From: Phycisphaerales bacterium
GTDB lineage: Bacteria > Planctomycetota > Phycisphaerae > WQYP01
Length of the DNA stretch: 20,529 nt
Reading direction: 5' to 3'
Assembly: GCA_027451365.1 (NCBI GenBank)
Contig: DAIDJN010000074.1
Span: forward strand, 1 to 20,529
Of the stretch, positions 7,771 to 18,099 are shown piece after piece. The translations under genes and the position numbers were made by a program. The stretch's first letter is position 1. Each line of letters opens with the position of its first letter. Under the pieces are notes generated by a model. It did not search any database. It saw only the letters and a program-made list of their open reading frames with translations, and was not told the origin of the DNA.

Positions 7771-8550
7771 TTAATGTCCTGGCTTGGCCCCCGCCGCAGC
7801 CTGTACGATTCCCGCAAATTCCTCGGCCAGCAGGCTGGCCCCCCCTACCAGAAGTCCGTCGATATCCGGCTGGGCGAGCAGTTCCTGGGCATTCGATTTT
7901 TTGGCCGACCCGCCATATTGAATCCGCACGGTTCCGGCAAGTTGCGGGCTGAATCTGGCCGCGAGGCGCGCACGGATAAATGCGTGCACTTCCTGAGCCT
8001 GTTCCTTGGATGCGGTCTGCCCGGTACCAATCGCCCACACCGGTTCATAAGCGATCACCAGATGCCCTTTTTCAATCGCCGCCGGTGCCAGGCCCGCCAG
8101 CCCAAGGTCCAACTGCCGCGCCACCACATCGTTGGTCAGGTTCTTCTGGCGTTCCTCCAGAAGTTCGCCTACGCACAGAATTGCAATCAAGCCGTCATTG
8201 ACGACGGCGTGGACTTTCTTGTTTAAAAACGCATCGGTTTCACCCAGAATGTGGCGGCGCTCACTATGGCCCACCAACACAAATTTCACGCCAAATTCCT
8301 TCAGCATGGCCGCGCTGACTTCGCCGGTAAATGCACCTTTTTTTTCACTGGAAACGTTTTGGGCGCCCAGCAGAATCGGCGAACCATTTATCGCGTCAGC
8401 CACTGTTTTCAGATGAACCAGTGCGGGAATGACCGCGACCTGCGCGGCCACGTCCGCGGGCACCGTGTGCACCAGAGCGCGGGCCAGTTTCAGACTTTCC
8501 TCCCGGCCAAGGTTCATTTTCCAGTTTCCGGCAATCAGGAACTTACGCAT
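7771..8550 (-). CDS. tpiA: Triosephosphate isomerase
   Basis: IAGNWKMN, GAFTGEVS, GHSERR, AYEPVWAIGTG, YGGS and DGLLVGGAS. Confidence 0.98.
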   Translation of the reverse strand: MRKFLIAGNWKMNLGREESLKLARALVHTVPADVAAQVAVIPALVHLKTVADAINGSPILLGAQNVSSEKKGAFTGEVSAAMLKEFGVKFVLVGHSERRHILGETDAFLNKKVHAVVNDGLIAILCVGELLEERQKNLTNDVVARQLDLGLAGLAPAAIEKGHLVIAYEPVWAIGTGQTASKEQAQEVHAFIRARLAARFSPQLAGTVRIQYGGSAKKSNAQELLAQPDIDGLLVGGASLLAEEFAGIVQAAAGAKPGH

Positions 8551-8638
8551 GATGATTTATCCATACCTTTCACATATCGGGTGTTACGTTCAATCCGCCA
8601 CCCGCGGTCCGGCTTAACCCGCAGCCAACCAACCCGGT

Positions 8639-9700
8639 TCAGCGGGATTCAACCAGCGGTGCCGCATGTGTGGAAAATGACTTTCCCAGCACCGCGGCAA
8701 TCGCGGAAAGCGTTTTCATCAGGCTGGCAAACGCATCGGGCAGTAGCGCCTGCGGGCCATCGCACATGGCTTTGGCGGGGTTGTCGTGCACTTCAACCAT
8801 AATGCCATCCGCCCCGGCGGCAATTCCAGCCTGCGCCAGTGCCGGCACAAATTCACGCACGCCGCTGGCATGGCTGGGGTCCACTATGACCGGAAGATGG
8901 CTGCTGGCTTTGGCCACGGGAACCGCGGAAATATCCAGCGTAAATCGCAGCGCGGTTTCAAAGGTCTTGATGCCCCGTTCACAAAGAATCACATCACGAT
9001 TTCCCTGGCTTAGAATGTATTCAGCGCTCATCAGCCATTCCTGCACCGAAGCGGCCATGCCGCGCTTCAGCAGAACCGGCTTGCGGGTTTTACCCACTTC
9101 AAAAAGCAGATTAAAGTTCTGCATGTTGCGGGCACCAATCTGAAATACATCGGTATACCGCTCCACCACGGCAACGTGCCGCGTGTCCATTACTTCGGTG
9201 ATGATGGGCATCGCATTTTCCCGACCGGCATCCCGCAGCCACTTTAAGGCATCTTCGCCGTGGCCCTGAAAGCTGTACGGGCTGGTGCGTGGTTTGTAAG
9301 CCCCCCCGCGAAGGAGTGCCGCGCCGGAATCGCGTATCTGCCGCGCAATGGCGTGAACCATTTCTTCGCTCTCGCAGGCGCACGGTCCGGCAATCGCCAG
9401 GCAATGCGAGCCTCCCACCTGCACACTGCCGCCACCGGGACACGGGATGGACACCACAGTATCATTTTTGTGAAACTCGCGGCTGGCGAGTTTATATGGT
9501 TTCATGATCGGCAGGACCTGTTCCACGCCGTTTATGGACATCAGGTGCTCTTTATCCACCTTTACTTCTTCGCCGACCACGCCAATCACCGTTCGGAACT
9601 GCCCGCGCGACAAGTGCGCCTGCAGGCCAAGCGCTTCAATTTGTGCAATGACATCTTTTATCAGGGCGTCGGTGGTGTCCGGCTTTAGTATTACAATCAT
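8639..9700 (-). CDS. aroF: 3-deoxy-7-phosphoheptulonate (DAHP) synthase, class I-beta with N-terminal ferredoxin-like regulatory domain
   Basis: IAGPC, RGGAYKPRTSPYSFQG, QIGARNMQNF, LKRG, LCERGI, DPSH and EVH..P..A.CDG. Start at ATG 9700. Confidence 0.96.
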   Translation of the reverse strand: MIVILKPDTTDALIKDVIAQIEALGLQAHLSRGQFRTVIGVVGEEVKVDKEHLMSINGVEQVLPIMKPYKLASREFHKNDTVVSIPCPGGGSVQVGGSHCLAIAGPCACESEEMVHAIARQIRDSGAALLRGGAYKPRTSPYSFQGHGEDALKWLRDAGRENAMPIITEVMDTRHVAVVERYTDVFQIGARNMQNFNLLFEVGKTRKPVLLKRGMAASVQEWLMSAEYILSQGNRDVILCERGIKTFETALRFTLDISAVPVAKASSHLPVIVDPSHASGVREFVPALAQAGIAAGADGIMVEVHDNPAKAMCDGPQALLPDAFASLMKTLSAIAAVLGKSFSTHAAPLVESR

Positions 9701-9828
9701 GAGTTTTCCTGTCACCTACGTTTTCAAGTATCGGAAAATCCGAATTCCATATTATCGCCTGTTTCGCCTGAAATTTCCACTGCACACCCTTTTTTTTGCG
9801 ATGCTTATTACACCCCTGTTCAGACCGG

Positions 9829-10977
9829 CTATTTATCAGCCGACGCAGCGGGCCAGACCCGCGGCTCGGTGCTTGGCAGAGAAAACAGGCTCCGCACCAT
9901 CGCCAATGCGGTCAGAGGCGAAAACCAGCGCTCGCCGCTGATCGCATAAACCGGTTCCCAGCATTCCGGGTGCAGACCAGACCGAAACCGCTCCAACGCG
10001 GAAAAGCGATAGATTGACTGACCGAACCGCAGCGCCGCGTCACCGGCGGCCTTGAACCAACGAGGATTTTTGTCCCATGCGTCCGGGCAACGGCGACTAA
10101 GCGCCACAAGCCCAAGAGTCGCATAAACGCCGCCGCGCCGGGCCAGTTCCAGCATTAATTGATGAATCAGTAATTCTGTTGTCCCATTGGGCGCACCTCG
10201 CCGGCGGGCGATATGTTCAATGTGATACCCGCGCCGCGCCGGAACGGGAGATGCCACCCCATAGGCCAGCACCTGCCGCCCACCGCGCATACCCACCGCC
10301 ATCACCACTCGCCCGGGCAATTGCTGAGCAAGGACGCGCGGCTCGGCCAGAAATGTCATGCCATACCAGCGCCCGCGAAGCCATGCCCGCAGGCAGTCGT
10401 TTATTTCCGGGCTATAAGCGGCCACCTCTGGCTGCACCGCATGAATATCTACACCTTTAGCCTGCGCCCGACGAATTTGCCTTCGCAGGCCGACAAACCC
10501 CGGCGCACGGGCCAGCCAGTTTTGCGGATTCCATACCGGCTGCGCCCCCAGACACACGCCGGCATAGCCGCTCCCTATTTGCGATTCACCGGTTTCGCCC
10601 TGCGCACATAAAAAGCACGCGATCCGACCCTGCTTCCTGGCGAAAAGGCAAAATTCACCGCAAACACCTGCTATTCGATGAGGAGCCGCAATCGGCATTC
10701 CGGCGGCGATCATGTAATCCCCACGAATCACATAGCCCACCATTGCATCACCCTGCGCCGAAAACCATCGGCTGACCGCGGGAGAAAGATTCTGCCAGCA
10801 GACCGCGTCATGGCCGAACCGGTTTAGCAATTCCAGTGCCTGGCAATCCTGATTGCGATTTTCGGCGGCCACAGATTTGGGTTCGCATAGGTTCAGGGCG
10901 ACCTGGTTAACCTCGGATTGCCCGTCGGCATCCGTTGAATTTTCGGAAAAGGAATCAGTAAATAAGCCTGGGCACAT
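9829..10977 (-). CDS. DUF2156 / phosphatidylglycerol lysyltransferase C-terminal (aminoacyl-tRNA transferase) domain protein
   Basis: GY......IAAG.PI, G.QPVWNP, LRRQIRRA..KGV, RRRGAPNGTTELLI, YATLGLVALS, Y.F.ALERFR.GL.P..WEPVY. The start codon is uncertain. Confidence 0.82.
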   Translation of the reverse strand: MCPGLFTDSFSENSTDADGQSEVNQVALNLCEPKSVAAENRNQDCQALELLNRFGHDAVCWQNLSPAVSRWFSAQGDAMVGYVIRGDYMIAAGMPIAAPHRIAGVCGEFCLFARKQGRIACFLCAQGETGESQIGSGYAGVCLGAQPVWNPQNWLARAPGFVGLRRQIRRAQAKGVDIHAVQPEVAAYSPEINDCLRAWLRGRWYGMTFLAEPRVLAQQLPGRVVMAVGMRGGRQVLAYGVASPVPARRGYHIEHIARRRGAPNGTTELLIHQLMLELARRGGVYATLGLVALSRRCPDAWDKNPRWFKAAGDAALRFGQSIYRFSALERFRSGLHPECWEPVYAISGERWFSPLTALAMVRSLFSLPSTEPRVWPAASADK

Positions 10978-11040
10978 GGTCTTAATTCTGAAAAAGCTGC
11001 ATCAGAAGCGGCCGCAGCGCTGGTTCCGCGATGGTCGATT

Positions 11041-12192
11041 TCAGGTCAGTTCGCGGTTACGGAACATTGCCACGGCAAGGCTCAACGCCGCACCAATATA
11101 AAACAACCCATAAAGACATGACAGACCGACAAATTCCCAGATTTCACCCCAGGTTGGGGCGTTGGGCACAAAGTGGCCGCTCATACTGAAATTCCTGTAC
11201 ACCAGGCAGGAATTCAAGTCAAAGTTGCTTAAATACGGCAACAGGTAGCTGGCACTTTCCGCCATCCCCTGCCAGGGCGATCCCATGTGCAACAACGAAA
11301 CATAACGGGTCAGATTCGCAATAATGTAAAGCAATACAATCACCGTCATGTTCAGCGCCAGGCTGAAACGTGTGGCGATGGCGGTGCTGATCGCGGCAAG
11401 CGTGGAAAGCTCCATAAACTGAAGGATAAAGGCCGGAATCATGGCCAGAATTGCCCGGTCATTGTGCCAGTACATCGCCATCCGCTGCATCGGGCTTGCG
11501 ACATCCAGACTGATGCGCTGGTCCGAAAAATACCGCAGCCACGCACAACTTGCGCCTATCAGAATGCACACAAACATCGTCGCAAATATCAGACAGACCA
11601 CGCCAAGATATTTCCCCAATATGACCTGCCACCGGGCCACCGGTTTGCTCATCAGAGTCAACATGGTGCGGTTTTCGATTTCCTCGTCAATGACTTTGCC
11701 CGTGGCGAATACCATAATCACCAGCACAAACATAAGCGCGAAGGACAACGCCACATCGCGGTACATTTTGGTGTCATCGCCGAACGTGTTAAACGGCACG
11801 AACGCTGTTATCAGAACCGCCGCGATGGCCAGAAAAAAGACAATCAATGTAAATGGCTGCAAAAGCCCTTCGTAATAGGTCACCCTGGTGATCGCTCCAA
11901 CCCGGCTTAAACTAAGAACCGGCAGCACGATAAATTCCATGACCCCGAAAATGCCCACGCTGCCCGATGCCGTCAGAAAAATCACCAGCCACATGCGCCA
12001 CATATTGGCCGCACCGGCCACATTGTTGGCGTGCGCCATCGCCACACCATGGTTGTTTTTGCCAGCGGTTGATGCGATTACCGCCGTATGCTCCGCCGAC
12101 GACACGTGACTATTGTAAACCAGATACACGCACAGCGTGCCCAGCAGAAGTGCCGCCAGAGTGATCAGATACACGACGGATGCTTTTCTCAC
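11041..12192 (-). CDS. ABC-2 type transporter permease
   Basis: Multiple TM helices, EEIENRTMLTLMSKPVARWQVILGKYLG signature, C-terminal F.NREL. GTG start with AAGGA RBS. Confidence 0.85.
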   Translation of the reverse strand: MRKASVVYLITLAALLLGTLCVYLVYNSHVSSAEHTAVIASTAGKNNHGVAMAHANNVAGAANMWRMWLVIFLTASGSVGIFGVMEFIVLPVLSLSRVGAITRVTYYEGLLQPFTLIVFFLAIAAVLITAFVPFNTFGDDTKMYRDVALSFALMFVLVIMVFATGKVIDEEIENRTMLTLMSKPVARWQVILGKYLGVVCLIFATMFVCILIGASCAWLRYFSDQRISLDVASPMQRMAMYWHNDRAILAMIPAFILQFMELSTLAAISTAIATRFSLALNMTVIVLLYIIANLTRYVSLLHMGSPWQGMAESASYLLPYLSNFDLNSCLVYRNFSMSGHFVPNAPTWGEIWEFVGLSCLYGLFYIGAALSLAVAMFRNRELT

Positions 12193-12205
12193 GCAAAAAT
12201 CCTTT

Positions 12206-12481
12206 TCACCAGGTAATTCTTAAGGGCGGTTGCAGACCGGTCGCCGCTTCGTGCGCCACCGCAGTCTGCCTGATATACCCTCGAAAGTGGTCGGCCAAAG
12301 CCGTCAACAAACGGTCAATTTCCGCCGGCTCCCCCTCTATTTCCAACTCCACCCGGCCATCGCCCAGATTTCGCACCGTACCGGCCAAGTCACTGCCCCG
12401 CGCCAGATCCACGGTCGCCTGACGGAACCCCACGCCCTGAACACGACCGGAAAAAATCACTATGCGACGCTGACGGACCAT
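12206..12481 (-). CDS. acyP: Acylphosphatase
   Basis: SGRVQGVGFR and GTVRNL.DGRVE motifs. 91 aa from ATG 12481. Confidence 0.93.
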   Translation of the reverse strand: MVRQRRIVIFSGRVQGVGFRQATVDLARGSDLAGTVRNLGDGRVELEIEGEPAEIDRLLTALADHFRGYIRQTAVAHEAATGLQPPLRITW

Positions 12482-12696
12482 GATCCATCCTGTATTTGTT
12501 CTACGCGCAAATCGTGCGGCGCGCCGGTCGGCGATGGCCGCCGGCCAGATGAGTTTATGGCCGACCGATTCCCCAGGCAACCGCTTTAGAAAATGTCTGC
12601 CAAAGCAACATGTACCACAAATCCGCGCCACTTTATTTTTCCCGCCTGATTCAGGCCGCATTGGGCAATCGGCACGACGGCTTGAACCACTCCCAA

Positions 12697-14778
12697 CTAC
12701 TGCCGAAGCCGGCGATACCGCGCCAATGCCATTAACGGAAAATAAAGGCGATACAAATGATATTTCAGATAAAACACACGCGGAAAGCCCGTACCCGTGA
12801 ACCAGAGTTCATCCCAGTTGCCATCGGCATTTTGATTGCCGACCAGCCACGCGATCGCCCGTTCCACCGCCGGGTCGTTGTGCCCCACCGCCATCAGGCC
12901 CATCGCACCCCAGGCGGTTTGCGATGGCGTGCTTGGCCCGCGCCCTTTAAGTTCCGGGTTGTCATAGGTTTGACAGCTTTCGCCCCAGCTTCCATCCGGC
13001 TTTTGACACGACCGAAGCCAGTCCGCCGCACGCCTTACAAAGCGCTGGTCCATTGGCTCGCCAACCGACCGCAACCCGGTTAGCACCTGCCAGGTGCCAT
13101 AAATGTAATTCACCCCCCAGCGGCCGAACCAGCAACCCTCTTTTTCCTGCGTGTCTTTCAGAAAATTAATCGCTTTGCGCACCGCCGGATGACTGCACGT
13201 AATGCCGTTATGCCCCAGGCATTCCAGAACGCGCGCCGCAATATCCGGACAGGATGGATCCTGAATCGCGTTGTGGTCGGCGAACGGGACATGTTCAAGT
13301 ATTGGCCGCTGACGCGTCCGGTCAAATGCGGCCCAGCCGCCATCATCATTCTGCATGGCAAAAAGCCAGTTAAGTCCCCGCTTAATTGCGCCGGCCGCGG
13401 CCGCTCCGCCTGTACGCTTAAGCGCCATCACCACCATGGCGGTGTCATCCACATCCGGATAATGCGGATTGTTAAATTCAAAGAACCAGCCGCTCGGCTC
13501 CACGCCGGGGCAATTCTTCATCCAGTCGCTGCCTTGGCGACATTCCTTTTCCAGGAGCCAGCGGTTGGTCTGCCGCGCGGCGGGATGGTCTTCCTTTATA
13601 CCTGCTTCAGCCAGGGCATTTAATGCAATTCCGGTATCCCAGACCGGCGACCAGCAGGGCTGAATCCGAATTGTTTCGCCCTCCCGGATAAACAGGCCGC
13701 TAAGGTCTTTCTGCGCTTTGGTTACCAGCGGATGATCATCTGGATAGCCCAGCGTTTTAAGCACAATCAGGATGTAAACCATCGGCGGGAATATGGCCCC
13801 CAGGCCGTCGCATCCTTCCATGTGTTCAATCAACCATTTTTCCGCCTCGCGAAGCGCCAGCGGACGCAGCGGTGTGACCGCTGTTTTTTCATAGCGTTTA
13901 AGCGACAAATCCAGCAGATGGAACATTTCCCGCCAGCTTCGCGGCAGCCCGCGCAGCCGAAACGCCGGATTGCTGGCGCCCTGCGGATCATTAAACAGCT
14001 CGGCAATGCCCATTTCCGGCGGCAGCTTGCGCACCGGCCTGTGCGCGCTGACAATCGCCAGGGGCAAAATCATTGTGCGGCTCCAGGCGGATACCGCATA
14101 CAGGTTGAAATAAATCCACTTGGGCAGAAGCACAATTTCCGGAGGAATGCTTGGGCACGCGGCATAGCTGATCTGGCCCAGCGCCGCCAGATAAAACTTG
14201 CTGAAGCTGTTGCACTGTTCAGCGCCGCCCAGCTGCGCGACCACGCGCCGCGCCGCTCGCATGTGGGACGCCTGAATATCATCCCCCATCAGTTTGAGCG
14301 CAAAATACCCCTTTACCGTACCGCTAAGGTCGCTGTTGCCTCCGGGGAACATGCTCCAGCCGCCGTCCTCCTGCTGAATACTCCGGAGGTAATTGGCGAT
14401 CAGGGGAAGGTTCGGATCATTTTCCTGCTCAAGAAAAAACTTGAGCATGATATATTCAGATTCCAGAATACTGTCGCCCTGCAATTCCCCCACCCAGTAC
14501 CCATCCGCATGATGCTTATTTAGCAGGCATTGCACAGCGGAATCCAGGCTTGCGGCCACTTGATCATCAGTCGGCATGCGGTGTTCCAAGGCGTCTAATT
14601 CCAGCATTTCCGGGTTATTCAGGCGCGCCGTGCCCAAGTCCTGGGCGACGCTGCTTTTTAGACCATTTATTGCATCGCCCGCGCTGGATATATGCTCACT
14701 TTCCGCGCGGCCGCTCTTAGATACCCCGGACGCGCCATTCGTCTGGGGTGATTGCTGACGGTGATGGGTTCGCGTCAC
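12697..14778 (-). CDS. shc: Squalene-hopene cyclase
   Basis: Catalytic YPDVDDTA (DxDD), multiple QW repeats (QNDDGGW, QEKEGCW, QKPDGSW, QNADGNW), GRWGVNYIYGT and FTGTGFP.VFYLKYH.Y. The start is uncertain (GTG 14778 or a later ATG). Confidence 0.96.
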   Translation of the reverse strand: MTRTHHRQQSPQTNGASGVSKSGRAESEHISSAGDAINGLKSSVAQDLGTARLNNPEMLELDALEHRMPTDDQVAASLDSAVQCLLNKHHADGYWVGELQGDSILESEYIMLKFFLEQENDPNLPLIANYLRSIQQEDGGWSMFPGGNSDLSGTVKGYFALKLMGDDIQASHMRAARRVVAQLGGAEQCNSFSKFYLAALGQISYAACPSIPPEIVLLPKWIYFNLYAVSAWSRTMILPLAIVSAHRPVRKLPPEMGIAELFNDPQGASNPAFRLRGLPRSWREMFHLLDLSLKRYEKTAVTPLRPLALREAEKWLIEHMEGCDGLGAIFPPMVYILIVLKTLGYPDDHPLVTKAQKDLSGLFIREGETIRIQPCWSPVWDTGIALNALAEAGIKEDHPAARQTNRWLLEKECRQGSDWMKNCPGVEPSGWFFEFNNPHYPDVDDTAMVVMALKRTGGAAAAGAIKRGLNWLFAMQNDDGGWAAFDRTRQRPILEHVPFADHNAIQDPSCPDIAARVLECLGHNGITCSHPAVRKAINFLKDTQEKEGCWFGRWGVNYIYGTWQVLTGLRSVGEPMDQRFVRRAADWLRSCQKPDGSWGESCQTYDNPELKGRGPSTPSQTAWGAMGLMAVGHNDPAVERAIAWLVGNQNADGNWDELWFTGTGFPRVFYLKYHLYRLYFPLMALARYRRLRQ

Positions 14779-14968
14779 GATATACTCGCCCTTTTAAATT
14801 GCACCACCGGCCGGATCATTGCTCCCGCCAGCCGGATATGTGACCGGAATTCCGCTTTCTCCAGCCATCAAACAGCATAAAAGCTAGCAGAAGTCGCCCC
14901 AACCGGCAAGGCGGTTGCCCCGGTCGGGCGCACGGTCCGCTAAAGCCGGGTTTCAGGCGCTATTGCCG

Positions 14969-15925
14969 CTACTGTCGCGGGTGATACTTTCGGTGCACAG
15001 TCTTGATTCGATCGGCATCCACATGGGTATAAATCTGGGTTGTAACCACATTGGAATGCCCCAGCAATTCCTGCACAATGCGCAAATCCGCCCCGCCCGA
15101 AAGCAGATGCGTCGCAAATGTGTGGCGCAATGCATGTGGATGCACATGGCGAATTCCGGCCTGTTTGGAAATTTGCGCCAACCTTTGCCACAGCACAATC
15201 CGATTAATCGGCTGACCCGATCGGGACACAAACACCTCTGGCCGTTGAATACCCTTGACCGCAATGAGTTGAGGGCGCAATTCGGTCAGATATTTCTGAA
15301 TAGCGGCCTGCGCCGGACGCCCGATGGGAATAACCCTTTCCTTACGCCCTTTTCCCACCACACGAATAGCCCCCAGGTCCAGGTGCAGATTACTTATGGT
15401 GAGGTCCGCCAGTTCACTGGCGCGCAGGCCGCACGCGTAAAACAACTCCACAATAGCCTGATCACGGATCGCCAGCCGATGGCCCGGATCCACAGCTTTA
15501 AGCAACGCATTCATCTGGTCGCGGCCCAGCACCTCGGGCAGCTTTTTCCATTTGTGCGGGGTGTCCAGAAGTTCGGTCGGATCGCTTGCACAAAAGCCGC
15601 GGGCCCTGGCAAACCGGAAAAACATTTTCATGGCCGCGGCATGGCGCAGAATGCTGGCGATCTGCATTTTCCGTTCGCTTTGCAGATATCGCAAATAATC
15701 ACCGATTAACCGGGTATCCACCTGCAATACCGGCTTTTTTGCGCGCACACAAAACGCGCCAAGGTCCGCCATATCTCCGCGATACGCCAGCAGCGTATTG
15801 CTGGACAGACCAAGTTCCATTTCAACATAAGTCAGAAAGCCGGTAATCGCAGCGCGGTCGCGCGCGTCCAGATCGACCTCAATGGCGGCCAGGGAAATAC
15901 GCTCATTTTTATGGCCACGCGGCAT
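14969..15925 (-). CDS. xerD: Site-specific tyrosine recombinase XerD
   Basis: SAM-like N-domain ([10 protein letters not shown]), [59 protein letters not shown] and YHPR. Start at ATG 15925 or GTG 15934. Confidence 0.9.
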   Translation of the reverse strand: MPRGHKNERISLAAIEVDLDARDRAAITGFLTYVEMELGLSSNTLLAYRGDMADLGAFCVRAKKPVLQVDTRLIGDYLRYLQSERKMQIASILRHAAAMKMFFRFARARGFCASDPTELLDTPHKWKKLPEVLGRDQMNALLKAVDPGHRLAIRDQAIVELFYACGLRASELADLTISNLHLDLGAIRVVGKGRKERVIPIGRPAQAAIQKYLTELRPQLIAVKGIQRPEVFVSRSGQPINRIVLWQRLAQISKQAGIRHVHPHALRHTFATHLLSGGADLRIVQELLGHSNVVTTQIYTHVDADRIKTVHRKYHPRQ

Positions 15926-16031
15926 GATCTTCACCGGTTAAAAAGGCAAGTCTTTTTCGCAAGCCCGGACGGATAAGGGCGGCGCCCAACTGAACCTATA
16001 GCAACTAAAGAGGCACCGCCGATTAACGCCT

Positions 16032-17168
16032 TCATTGGGCCCCTTCGGCAGACCTGCGCAATGCCAGAAACGCTTCCTTAAGCGCGTGACTGACCGCACT
16101 GTCGGGTTCTTCCAGCAACAAACGCTGGTATGCGTCAAGGAATTCTGTCCGCAGACCGTGGAACAAATGAAGAAAATGACGGATAAAGCCTATACAGTCC
16201 AAAATCGCGATTTCTATCCCGCCGAGTTCTTCATATTTCGCAGCGGCGTATTCCCGCACATCCCCTGCAACCCCCTCCGTTGTAATAAAAATATAATTTT
16301 TCACCGTCTCTGAATAACCGGCAAGCTTTTCCAACGCGATATTCACATCAGCTATGGTAACTGGCTTCATCTTCATCTCGTAGGCAGTGGTGACACCATC
16401 ATTGCCCTGCAAAGTAATTTCAATATCGCCCAATGCTCCGGTCCGTCTGTCAGCAGCATTGTGCGCGTTGAGAGGCCCTACCCTCTCCCCAAGCTTTTCC
16501 GAAGCAGCGTGGTAAGCCGCAGCCACAATTAACACTGGCACTCGCGACGCATTTTTGCAAGCAAGATGCTGGCCAAGAAGCACAATGATATCCTCCGCGG
16601 AAAGCGGCAACCGGTCCGCAGATCGGCGAATATCGCGAACAAGGTTTCGGATGCTTTCATCACGTTGCGCGCGCTCTAAAATTAGCAGGCGAATCGTCTC
16701 ATCCATCACTTTTCGAGCCGAGAGCCGCTTACATTGCACATCGTCAAAGATATGCAGCAACGCTTTGTACATATCCGCGGGGCGGCCTTCCAACTGGGTA
16801 TCCGCCTTGAGTATAATGTTCTTGGTTCTGAAGCCCGGCGTAAGAAAAGCGGTCGTTGAATTTATTGGCAGCCGATAGGGCAATCCCGTCAGTCGCTGGA
16901 TATATTGTTCATCATACCATCGACCTGAATAGCGGTCAGCGCCGTCATCGCCCATAATTTCCGTGTAAGGCTTGCGAATATCAATATTGGGCAAATGAAT
17001 TTTTGCCAACAGGCCGGCAAGAAGCGCACGGACACCCGCCCGATTTTTTAAGCATAATGCGACCGCGTCAATGCGATCCCTGGCGCCTCTATCGGCGATA
17101 AGGGACTTCGTCGACCGCTGAACCGCCCTTCTATACGAATCCTCAAGAATTTTGAAACAGATGTCCAT
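16032..17168 (-). CDS. Type II restriction endonuclease, PD-(D/E)xK fold, probably SacI-like
   Basis: HNAAD..TGALGDIE...TAYEMK resembles a PD-(D/E)xK active site, and N-terminal YSGR.YDE is recalled from SacI-like REases. Its start overlaps the 3' end of a DNA MTase gene by 26 bp. Confidence 0.7.
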   Translation of the reverse strand: MDICFKILEDSYRRAVQRSTKSLIADRGARDRIDAVALCLKNRAGVRALLAGLLAKIHLPNIDIRKPYTEIMGDDGADRYSGRWYDEQYIQRLTGLPYRLPINSTTAFLTPGFRTKNIILKADTQLEGRPADMYKALLHIFDDVQCKRLSARKVMDETIRLLILERAQRDESIRNLVRDIRRSADRLPLSAEDIIVLLGQHLACKNASRVPVLIVAAAYHAASEKLGERVGPLNAHNAADRRTGALGDIEITLQGNDGVTTAYEMKMKPVTIADVNIALEKLAGYSETVKNYIFITTEGVAGDVREYAAAKYEELGGIEIAILDCIGFIRHFLHLFHGLRTEFLDAYQRLLLEEPDSAVSHALKEAFLALRRSAEGAQ

Positions 17169-18099
17169 TGGTATCGGGTTTTCCTCTAGAATGCTTTAAA
17201 ATTTCATAATTTGTCCACAGCGCCTCAATCCGTTTGCCTTTGGTCGAATGATTCGTTTTGGGAGACATAACGGTCTTCCACCATTTGCCCTTGGGATAAA
17301 GCTCATCCATCAGCTCGCATGGATAGTTGGATATTGCAACCTTGCCTCGCACGGCATTCAGCGCCGCGGCAAGATCGCGATGTTGCGAATCCGTCATTTC
17401 GTGGCCGTAGGCCTTCGTGTCGCCACGCGTTTCATGTATGTAAGGCGGGTCACAATAAAAAAGGGTATTCGGTGAGTCATAAAGATTGACAATTTGAATC
17501 GCGGGCCGATTTTCAATTTGCACCCGCATTAGCCGGGTCGCAATTTCCGGCAGCATGGCTACGCCGCCAAGCCATCGGCTGATAACGCCGCTCATTCCGG
17601 CCCGACTGGTATTTTTGCAGTTTGCCCAGCGGCCAATACTCGCGGTCTGGGCCAGCCCGGTGCGGACCTGGCGCGCGCGGACATAAAATCGACGGGCCCT
17701 TTCCAACGGTGATAATTCAGGATCGAGTTGACACGCCAGAGCAAATTCCTCCCGCGCAAATGGCGTCAGACCGATGGCTTCAACCAGCTTTTGCTTTTCC
17801 TCGCGAAGTACGCGGAAGAAATTGCAGACCTCACCATCCAGATCGTTATAAGTTTCAATGGCCGATGGCGATCGATTCAGCAAAACCGCGGCGGATCCGG
17901 CGAACGGTTCGCAATAGTGGTGGCATGAAGGCAACAGCGGCAGCAGCCAGTCAAGATGGGAAAATTTGCCGCCATACCAGCCGAACGAAATAAGTTTTTT
18001 CGCTCTCAGGCCGGAAACACGCGGCGGCTTCGCCACCCGACGGCGCGCAGGAGTCTCGGTAATGCCGGACAGTTGGTTCACTTGCGCTTCGCTGGCCAT
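17143..18099 (-). CDS. DNA adenine methyltransferase, Dam/D12 (alpha) class
   Basis: WYGGK, SAM motif EPFAGSAAV, YNDLD and catalytic DPPY in alpha-class order, C-terminal E.LW.NY. Start at ATG 18099 with AAGAGGA RBS. Confidence 0.93.
   Translation of the reverse strand: MASEAQVNQLSGITETPARRRVAKPPRVSGLRAKKLISFGWYGGKFSHLDWLLPLLPSCHHYCEPFAGSAAVLLNRSPSAIETYNDLDGEVCNFFRVLREEKQKLVEAIGLTPFAREEFALACQLDPELSPLERARRFYVRARQVRTGLAQTASIGRWANCKNTSRAGMSGVISRWLGGVAMLPEIATRLMRVQIENRPAIQIVNLYDSPNTLFYCDPPYIHETRGDTKAYGHEMTDSQHRDLAAALNAVRGKVAISNYPCELMDELYPKGKWWKTVMSPKTNHSTKGKRIEALWTNYEILKHSRGKPDTNGHLFQNS

Noticed and set aside
3559..15709. Long antisense ORFs (e.g. 3559-4122, 7531-8226, 11287-11910, 13732-14523, 14915-15709)
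   Set aside because: These are shadow frames opposite well-supported genes in GC-rich DNA.
14969..15925. xerD as a prophage or island integrase
   Set aside because: The sequence has canonical housekeeping XerD motifs, length and host-like composition. No arm-binding domain, att/tRNA site or phage genes are visible.
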